Below are positions 36,087 through 43,995 of a stretch of DNA of 64,000 bases, in pieces. Made by a program: the position numbers and the translations under genes. This stretch comes from a bacterium (GTDB lineage: Bacteria > Patescibacteriota > Minisyncoccia > Minisyncoccales > GWA2-46-15), in contig JAUYAM010000002.1 in assembly GCA_030693425.1 (NCBI GenBank), positions 384,632 to 448,631 of the forward strand, written 5' to 3'. Each line of letters opens with the position of its first letter. Position 1 is the stretch's first letter. The notes below the pieces were generated by a model. It was not told where the DNA came from. It did not search any database and was given only the letters and a program-made list of their open reading frames with translations.

Positions 36087-36132
36087 TTAAGCAAAAATGA
36101 GACAAATGAGACACAGAAACAGGATTTTTGGT
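36087..36132 (-). repeat. ATGAGACAC hairpin family, copy A3
   Basis: Minus strand ATGAGACAT-N18-GTGTCTCAT-TTGTCTCATTTTTGCTTAAAAT; close match to A2. Confidence 0.8.
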
Positions 36133-36186
36133 AATGTCTCATCATCTCGAAACAAGTTGCGCCGTGCTAAACCTCACATATATGGT

Positions 36187-36987
36187 TTAGCCCTCAATCA
36201 ATAAAGCCATTACCTTCTTCAAAACCTTTTTGAATTTTAAGGTATGCATCCAACGAGTAGGCGGTACGCCTACTAAAAGTATTGTGTTCGTATAATTAGC
36301 GAATAATTTTCCTTGCAAGGCCCTTTTTAAATTATATGGCCTATTGTCCTTCTCCAATAGCCCGTTGTACGCATCTTTCTGGAACGCGATAATACTTCCT
36401 TTTTGTTTGATAAATCGTTCTATGACTTTTCGCACCCGTTGTCTCTCTGCGCTGGCTAATTGGTCAAATGCTTTTTTGCCGAACAAACGCCGCAGCCCCA
36501 TGACCCCTGACCATTTTGGATCGCTGGCAGGACTAGGAAACGTAAAAAATACTTCCATCCCCACAACAAAAAGAGAGTCGTATTTTAGATTGAAAAAATT
36601 AGATTTGAATAAATCATTATCATCGCCTCCCCGTGGAGATATATTAATAATTCCAAGTTCCCTCATGACTTTCCAGAACCGATGTTCTCTGCCATTTCCC
36701 TCGAAAGCAAAATATATATCGGCCAATACGCTATGAGGAGCGGGATTGCCGAATAAAAATAAGATTTTGGGTTTATGGTCAGATAATTTTGGAATCCACG
36801 ATTTGTGCAAATAAACCAGTTTGTCTTGTTTCCTTTCTATAACTTTTCCCAAAAAGCGATCTGCCTTAAAAAACTCGTTATAACGATTCCAGAATTTCTT
36901 CAAGTCATCTTTTTGGTATATCTGCGACAAATCAATCTCGCATACAAATTGCCCCCTAGAAGTGTTTTTATAACGAAAAAAGTTCAT
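36187..36987 (-). CDS. Hypothetical protein, uracil-DNA-glycosylase-superfamily-like (weak)
   Basis: LFLFGNPAPHS (motif A-like) and FTFPSPAS (HPSP-like motif B with F for H). Confidence 0.35.
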   Translation of the reverse strand: MNFFRYKNTSRGQFVCEIDLSQIYQKDDLKKFWNRYNEFFKADRFLGKVIERKQDKLVYLHKSWIPKLSDHKPKILFLFGNPAPHSVLADIYFAFEGNGREHRFWKVMRELGIINISPRGGDDNDLFKSNFFNLKYDSLFVVGMEVFFTFPSPASDPKWSGVMGLRRLFGKKAFDQLASAERQRVRKVIERFIKQKGSIIAFQKDAYNGLLEKDNRPYNLKRALQGKLFANYTNTILLVGVPPTRWMHTLKFKKVLKKVMALLIEG

Positions 36988-37034
36988 GAAAAAATCTCAT
37001 CTAGATCGATTTTAAACTTTTCTGAAGACAGCTC

Positions 37035-37514
37035 TCAGAAAGTTTTTATTCCTTCCATTCTCTCGCCCAGCGTTCTATCGGGAATATATACCAGCGCATC
37101 CACGCCTTTGATTTCGATCATTTCGTAATCCTTTTTAAGTATTAACGTAAAATTACCGCTACTCCGCAAGTATTTTTCTTTAAACTGCTGGTAATCCTTG
37201 ATTTTAAAATCCGGGGCGCCCCTTTGCGGCCTCGTTGCGTCTGGTTTCCTGATTTTTATCAGCGATAAAATTCCCGCTGGCGTTTTTATCGGTTCCTTCA
37301 ATAGAAATGTTCTGCCTGTCCTAATAGTCTCTTTATCCACTTCCTCGCCTATGCTCTCAGCGGCAAGCTCCAAATCCTTGTACTCGTTTTCGTCTTTGGA
37401 AAAGATTGCGACGTAATCAATAACCGCTTCCTTTTCATCGGTATTGTTCTTAATAGCAGACAAACCCTGTTCAACTAAATAACACACAATTTTTTCTAAT
37501 TCGCTTTTGTTCAT
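37035..37514 (-). CDS. Hypothetical protein
   Basis: 159-aa ORF directly behind junction module copy 5; no motif recognised. Confidence 0.5.
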   Translation of the reverse strand: MNKSELEKIVCYLVEQGLSAIKNNTDEKEAVIDYVAIFSKDENEYKDLELAAESIGEEVDKETIRTGRTFLLKEPIKTPAGILSLIKIRKPDATRPQRGAPDFKIKDYQQFKEKYLRSSGNFTLILKKDYEMIEIKGVDALVYIPDRTLGERMEGIKTF

Positions 37515-37557
37515 ATATTCATTTTATCAAAAAAGCGCCTTTCTGGCGACTTTAAAA
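37512..37557 (-). promoter_or_regulatory. Junction module copy 5 (terminator hairpin + extended -10, leaderless)
   Basis: Minus strand AAAGTCGCCAGAAAGGCGCTTTTTTGATAAAATGAATAT-ATG. Confidence 0.65.
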
Positions 37558-37670
37558 TTATAGCACCTGCTAAAAGAAGGCAGCGTATCAGACAAACGCG
37601 AATTACTGGCGAATTTACGGAGTAGGTTGAATTACAAGGATAAAAAAATTACCCTGATTGAGGAATAAGG

Positions 37671-37708
37671 AAAACAGAAAGAGCGATATAAATCGCTCTT
37701 TCTGTTTT
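37671..37708 (-). terminator. Strong intrinsic (bidirectional-looking) terminator
   Basis: ACAGAAAGAGCGAT-loop-ATCGCTCTTTCTGT, flanked by an A-run and a T-run. Confidence 0.8.
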
Positions 37709-37765
37709 AATCTTTTATCAAAGCAGTCGGGTCGCCACTCGCTCACGGCTAATCAGACCGCGCCG

Positions 37766-37785
37766 ATAAAAAAATGTTGTCTGCG
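37766..37785 (-). repeat. tRNA-trailer-like motif copy R1
   Basis: Minus strand CAGGTTCGCAGACAACATTTTTTTATCGGCG, starting 18 nt after the S8 peptidase stop. Confidence 0.8.
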
Positions 37786-37802
37786 AACCTGGTAACGGTT
37801 AG

Positions 37803-39146
37803 TTAGGGAGTTGGATAAAGGAGGGCGTTATAAACATTAATTCGGCCGTAACCAAAGTAGTTATCTTGGCCCAGAGTTCCTAAATCACTGGCCGTGGCTT
37901 CAATAATATTTCTTACCGCATTTTTATCGCGAGTAGCATCTTGAGCGAAAAGCAATCCAGCCAAACCAGCAACTTGAGGAGCAGCCATCGAAGTGCCTGA
38001 ACCAACATCATAATGGCGAGCACGACCATTTACGGTTCCAATATAGAATTTATAGCTGGGGAAGGTAGAAAAAATATTCTCTCCAGGAGCCGCCACATCT
38101 ACTTGAGGACCTACGCTGCTAAAGCTGGCGATATCATCCTTATAATTAGTAGCCGAAACTGCGATGACGTTTTCATAGGCAGCAGGATAGATCACTGCGC
38201 CGCCATTGTTATTTCCAGCGGCGGCGACTATCAGTACTCCTTTCCCCCAAGCATAATTGACTGCATCTCTTATAGTCTGAGAATCACCGCTACCTAAACT
38301 TAAATTGATTACTTTAGCCCCGTTATCTACCGCATATCTAATTCCCTTGGCTTCATCGGAGGTAAAACCTATTCCCGAATCGCTTAAAACTTTAACCACC
38401 ATAATTTTGATATTATCGGGAAAAGCAACTCCAGCTATCCCTTTGCCATTATTAGTAACGGCAGCGGCAATTCCTGAAACATGAGTGCCATGGCCGTATC
38501 CGTCGTGAGGCTTATTATTTCTTTTAGCAAAATTCCAACCCCAAGTATCATCAATAAAACCATTCCCATCGTCATCTTTTTTATTGCCGGCAATTTCAAG
38601 TTCATTTATCCAGATTTTACTTTTTAAATCTAGGTGAGTTTCATCAATGCCTGAATCAACAATGGCAATAACTGTAGTAGCCCAATTATAGTTAGAAAAT
38701 TCACTCCAAGCTTCATCCCAATCAACATCAGCATCATTAGTACCAGCTCCTATTAATTTACTTGAATTAATTGGTGAATCTGGATTTCCTGAACCCTTAT
38801 AAATCGTTTGAGCAATATTATTTAATGCCCACTGATTAGTATAAGCAGTGTCATTTGAACCTAAAGGATAAACGTAATAATCTGGTTCAACATAGACCAC
38901 ATCGGGTCTTGTTTGATATTCTTTAACTTTCTCCATAACCTTTCCTTCAGGTACCGCAATCACTCTGAAAGGTTCTTTGTCTGCCTTAAATTTAACAATC
39001 ACTCTATCTGGAGCATACTTAGCTTGGTTATCGTTATTCGCTTTGCCGGTTGAAAAATCAGAAAACGCCATTATGTTAACAGTAAGAACCAAGCTGATTA
39101 TTATTACCAGTGAGAATAATGTGATAAAAAGTTTTTTCCTAATCAT
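37803..39146 (-). CDS. Secreted S8 subtilisin-family serine peptidase
   Basis: Signal/TM; AIVDSGID, HGTHVSGIAAA, GTSMAAPQVAGLAGLL. Confidence 0.9.
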   Translation of the reverse strand: MIRKKLFITLFSLVIIISLVLTVNIMAFSDFSTGKANNDNQAKYAPDRVIVKFKADKEPFRVIAVPEGKVMEKVKEYQTRPDVVYVEPDYYVYPLGSNDTAYTNQWALNNIAQTIYKGSGNPDSPINSSKLIGAGTNDADVDWDEAWSEFSNYNWATTVIAIVDSGIDETHLDLKSKIWINELEIAGNKKDDDGNGFIDDTWGWNFAKRNNKPHDGYGHGTHVSGIAAAVTNNGKGIAGVAFPDNIKIMVVKVLSDSGIGFTSDEAKGIRYAVDNGAKVINLSLGSGDSQTIRDAVNYAWGKGVLIVAAAGNNNGGAVIYPAAYENVIAVSATNYKDDIASFSSVGPQVDVAAPGENIFSTFPSYKFYIGTVNGRARHYDVGSGTSMAAPQVAGLAGLLFAQDATRDKNAVRNIIEATASDLGTLGQDNYFGYGRINVYNALLYPTP

Positions 39147-39324
39147 ATTTAATTAAAGAGTTAAATTTTAAATTTTTCGACATTTTGGTTTACCTATTTT
39201 AAAGATAAATCAATCTATGCCGACTGTCAAGCCAAAATAAAAACTCGTCTATGCGCTGTCTGTCCCGAACAAAATTCGAACCACTCGGGTCGCTGACCAC
39301 TCGCGATCACTCGGGTCATGCCGA

Positions 39325-39344
39325 TAAAAAGTTGTCAATGCGGA
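39325..39344 (-). repeat. tRNA-trailer motif copy R0 (the actual 3' trailer of tRNA-Ser)
   Basis: Minus strand ..CCTTCCG-CATTGACAACTTTTTATCGGC. Confidence 0.8.
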
Positions 39345-39425
39345 AGGGGTGGGATTCGAACCCACGGACCCCGTGAGGAGCATGGTTCTCCAAACCATTC
39401 CATTTGACCGCTCTGGCACCCTTCC
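39341..39425 (-). tRNA. tRNA-Ser (anticodon GGA), long variable arm, CCA not encoded
   Basis: Acceptor GGAAGGG/CCCTTCC, anticodon stem ATGGT/ACCAT with loop TTGGAGA, T-arm GTGGG-TTCGAAT-CCCAC. Confidence 0.9.
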
Positions 39426-39430
39426 TAGAT

Positions 39431-39874
39431 TTAAACTTCTTCTTTTGTTTCCTTTTTTATAATCAACCAATGGTACAGGTAAAGCGGCAGGCCAACCAAG
39501 ATCATCGCCAAAGACTGAGAAATCTCTCTTTGCCTTTGCTGGGCTAAATAATCAAATTTGCTTTCTTGCTCCTGCCAGTTTTTATAGTCTTTCAGCCAAT
39601 CGGCAATCTCTTGTTTTTGCTCCAAAGTCAGATCGCATTTATCCTGGCATTTTTCAATTGTCGAAACCAAATTTTCTTCTGTCATTGTCTTGCCATCAGG
39701 TAAGAAAGAAATCACCGGCGGCTTGAGATTATAGTTTAATTCCTGGTCTGCCTTGGTAAAAATAAAAGCTTTTAAGGCAAGGTTTGTCAGCTTTACCGCG
39801 CCTATGGTTATTAATACCAAACCGATTAGGGCAAAAAGATAAAGATAAATTGTTCGGATTAAAGGTTGTTTCAT
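39431..39874 (-). CDS. Membrane protein, unknown function
   Basis: Two terminal TM segments flanking a soluble region; no motif recognised. Confidence 0.5.
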   Translation of the reverse strand: MKQPLIRTIYLYLFALIGLVLITIGAVKLTNLALKAFIFTKADQELNYNLKPPVISFLPDGKTMTEENLVSTIEKCQDKCDLTLEQKQEIADWLKDYKNWQEQESKFDYLAQQRQREISQSLAMILVGLPLYLYHWLIIKKETKEEV

Positions 39875-39876
39875 AT

Positions 39877-40773
39877 TTAAACGCTCATCTGACTCAAGGC
39901 TCTGATTCTTTCCTCGATTGGCGGGTGCGTAGAAAACAATTTCACCAGCCAGCTTGTTGTCTGTTTGCCGCGAAACGGACTGGCAATAAAAAGATGGGCG
40001 GTTGAGTCGCTGGCAACCCGCAAAGGCGACTGATCCCGGCTGATCTTTTCCAAAGCGCTGGCAAGACCTTCGGGATAACGGGTGAGCAAAACTCCGGAGG
40101 CGTCGGCCAAAAACTCCCTTTTTCTGGAAATCGCCAACTGAATCAAGGCGGCGGCAATCGGAGCGAGAATGACGGCGACAAAACCAATTAGCGCCAAGAT
40201 GCCGCCAGCACGGTTGTTGTTATCCCTCTTCCCGCCGCCAAAACGACCTATTCTGAAAAACATATTTGCCAGCATAGAAATAATGCCGACCAAAATCACG
40301 GTCACGGTCATCACCAAAGAATCGCGGTTGCCAATATGCGACAACTCGTGCGCTAGGACGCCCTCTAATTCCGGTTTATCCAACTTTTCCAAAAGTCCCC
40401 TAGTAACCACTATTGCCGCGTGTTTAGGATCTCTGCCCGTGGCAAAAGCATTGGGCTGGCTTTCTTCAAGCAGATAAAACTTGGGAAGAGGTAGGCCGGA
40501 AGCAATAGTCAGGTTTTCCAGTATATGGTACAGCTCCGGGTTTTCCTGATGGCTGACTGGCTTTGCCCGAGTTATGGCCAGAATAATTTTGTCAGAATAC
40601 CAGTAGCTCAAAATACTCTGCAAAACACTAAACCCCACCGCAAAATACAAGATGCTTTGATTGCCGTAATAATAGCTGAAAAACCAGCCCAGAGCGATTA
40701 TTAGAACCAAAAACGATCCCAGCAGAATCCAGGTTTTGCGGACATTCGCGCCGGCAAAAGTATAAGTAGTCAT
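39877..40773 (-). CDS. htpX: M48 zinc metalloprotease HtpX
   Basis: HELSHIGNRD HExxH motif; 4 TM; STHPPIEERI C-terminal motif. Confidence 0.9.
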   Translation of the reverse strand: MTTYTFAGANVRKTWILLGSFLVLIIALGWFFSYYYGNQSILYFAVGFSVLQSILSYWYSDKIILAITRAKPVSHQENPELYHILENLTIASGLPLPKFYLLEESQPNAFATGRDPKHAAIVVTRGLLEKLDKPELEGVLAHELSHIGNRDSLVMTVTVILVGIISMLANMFFRIGRFGGGKRDNNNRAGGILALIGFVAVILAPIAAALIQLAISRKREFLADASGVLLTRYPEGLASALEKISRDQSPLRVASDSTAHLFIASPFRGKQTTSWLVKLFSTHPPIEERIRALSQMSV

Positions 40774-40779
40774 ACGACT

Positions 40780-41334
40780 TTAAAACTTGACGCTGACTGG
40801 CTGTTTTTCGGCCTCAGAAGCGGTTTCAAAGAACTCGGGAGCCTTGAAACCGAAAGCTCCAGCGACCAAATTACTCGGGAATGTCTGGACGGCAATACTC
40901 ATGTCCCGAATATTGGCGTTGTAAAACCTCCTCGAAGCCTGGATTTTGTCTTCGGTGTCGGTTAATTCGCTCTGAAGCTTGGTAAAACTTTCAACCGCTC
41001 TTAATTGCGGATAGTTTTCTGCCACGGCAAACAAAGATTTTAAGGTCTGGGAAAGCATGTTTTCGGCTTCAGCGTGCTCTTTCATGGTCTTGGCTCCCAT
41101 GGCTGCGGTCCTGGCCTGGGTGACTTTTTCAAAGACTCCGGATTCGTGGGCGGCGTATCCTTTGACCGTTTCCACTAAATTGGGAATCAGGTCATACCTT
41201 CTTTTTAGCTGGACTTCGATGTCAGACCAGGCTTCTTTGACTCTCTGCCTCAAAACGACCAATTTGTTGTAGGCGAAAACCAGCCAGATTACCAGAACGG
41301 CTAAAACTAACAAAGCGATTTGTAAAGGAAACAT
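40780..41334 (-). CDS. lemA: LemA family protein
   Basis: N-terminal TM; RRYDLIPNLVETVKGYA..E and AENYPQLRA motifs. Confidence 0.85.
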   Translation of the reverse strand: MFPLQIALLVLAVLVIWLVFAYNKLVVLRQRVKEAWSDIEVQLKRRYDLIPNLVETVKGYAAHESGVFEKVTQARTAAMGAKTMKEHAEAENMLSQTLKSLFAVAENYPQLRAVESFTKLQSELTDTEDKIQASRRFYNANIRDMSIAVQTFPSNLVAGAFGFKAPEFFETASEAEKQPVSVKF

Positions 41335-41428
41335 ATTTAAAAGTTTAAGTTGTTAATGCTAAAGAGTCGACTTTTCTCTTTCATCTTACCAGAAAAAACC
41401 GGCTTGGCAACTGAAAGTCGCTGAAAAT

Positions 41429-41461
41429 GAAGACGGAGGAGACCCGGTCTCCTCCGTCTTC
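41429..41461 (-). terminator. Intrinsic terminator after groEL
   Basis: 16-bp arms GAAGACGGAGGAGACC/GGTCTCCTCCGTCTTC followed by ATTTTC on the minus strand. Confidence 0.8.
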
Positions 41462-41506
41462 CGGTTATCAGTTATAGGTTATTGGTTATCGGTTATTGGT
41501 CGGTCA

Positions 41507-43144
<1,638 letters not shown>

Positions 43145-43186
43145 TTAGAAATTAGAATAATTAGGTTAATTAGAAATTTCGCGATT

Positions 43187-43477
43187 TTATTCTATTATCG
43201 CCAGTATGTCCTCCTCTTTGGCGATGAGATATTCCTTCCCTTCAATCTTAAATTCATTGGGGCCGTATTTGGTGAACAAAACCTTGTCGCCGACTTTGAC
43301 GTGAAGGGGAATGACCTTGCCTGAAGCGACAGTCCGGCCCGGGCCGACGGCAATAATTTTGCCTTGTTCCGGCCTTTCTTTTTCGGCAGACTCGGGCAAA
43401 ATGATCCCGGCCTTGGTTTTCTCCTCATAAGGAAGAGGTTCGATTAAAACGCGGTCTGACAATGGCTTGATAGTCAT
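43187..43477 (-). CDS. groS: Co-chaperonin GroES
   Basis: IKPLSDRVLIE..AGIILPES..G.V.AVGPG pattern; 96 aa. Confidence 0.95.
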   Translation of the reverse strand: MTIKPLSDRVLIEPLPYEEKTKAGIILPESAEKERPEQGKIIAVGPGRTVASGKVIPLHVKVGDKVLFTKYGPNEFKIEGKEYLIAKEEDILAIIE

Positions 43478-43506
43478 AGTAATTAAGTGGTTAAGTGAAT
43501 AAGTGA

Positions 43507-43533
43507 TTAGCAGTTAATGGTTTTGATTGCTAA
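43507..43533 (-). promoter_or_regulatory. Degenerate CIRCE-like inverted repeat at the groESL transcription start
   Basis: TTAGCAGTT-N9-GATTGCTAA vs consensus TTAGCACTC-N9-GAGTGCTAA; TATAAT (minus) at 43541-43546. Confidence 0.5.
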
Positions 43534-43645
43534 TTTCATCATTATAGATTCTATGGAAGGAAAAAGAACGTGTCAAGGGGTTGACAAAAATAGGAATGAA
43601 TGCTTTAAATTGGTTAAACCCAAACCACCAGAAAGGATGGTAAAA

Positions 43646-43882
43646 ATGAGACAAGCTACCGTGATCAAAATAAAAAACGTAAAGTACATTGCTGGCCTCG
43701 ATGAAGCCGTGCGATCCCTCGGGCTAGTACTGGTAGCCGATGAAACGCACCAGAAAACATTCTTCATCACGGAGGACGGCCGATGGCCGGTCCTGCGCCC
43801 AGAGTTTCACGAGGCCCTCCGCAGAATTGAAGGCGTCACCAAGGTCGAAACGACCAAGGTGATAATCGCAATTGCTCATTAG
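43646..43882 (+). CDS. Small hypothetical protein, GC-rich, with its own promoter and SD
   Basis: TTGACA (43581-43586)-17 nt-TTTAAA, AAAGGA SD 8 nt before the ATG; the only plus-strand ORF in this block. Confidence 0.4.
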   Translation: MRQATVIKIKNVKYIAGLDEAVRSLGLVLVADETHQKTFFITEDGRWPVLRPEFHEALRRIEGVTKVETTKVIIAIAH

Positions 43883-43995
43883 ACAGAACACAACGTCGAA
43901 AACTTGCCTCGGCCAAAGACCAGTAAGGTCAACGGCCAGAGGCGAGTTTTATTATATCCCGCCGAATACCCTGCGTTCTTAGCGCAGGGTCGGTT

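Noticed and set aside
21216-39344. Classical integron interpretation of the repeated junction motif
   Set aside because: No IntI-type tyrosine recombinase is in the window. The motifs do not show the R''-L''/L'-R' imperfect palindrome or the GTTRRRY core of attC sites. Several modules carry their own promoters. The cassette-like idea is kept as a finding, but not as an integron.
39249-39470. 73-aa minus-strand ORF
   Set aside because: It overlaps tRNA-Ser(GGA) completely, so it is an artefact of open frames across the tRNA.
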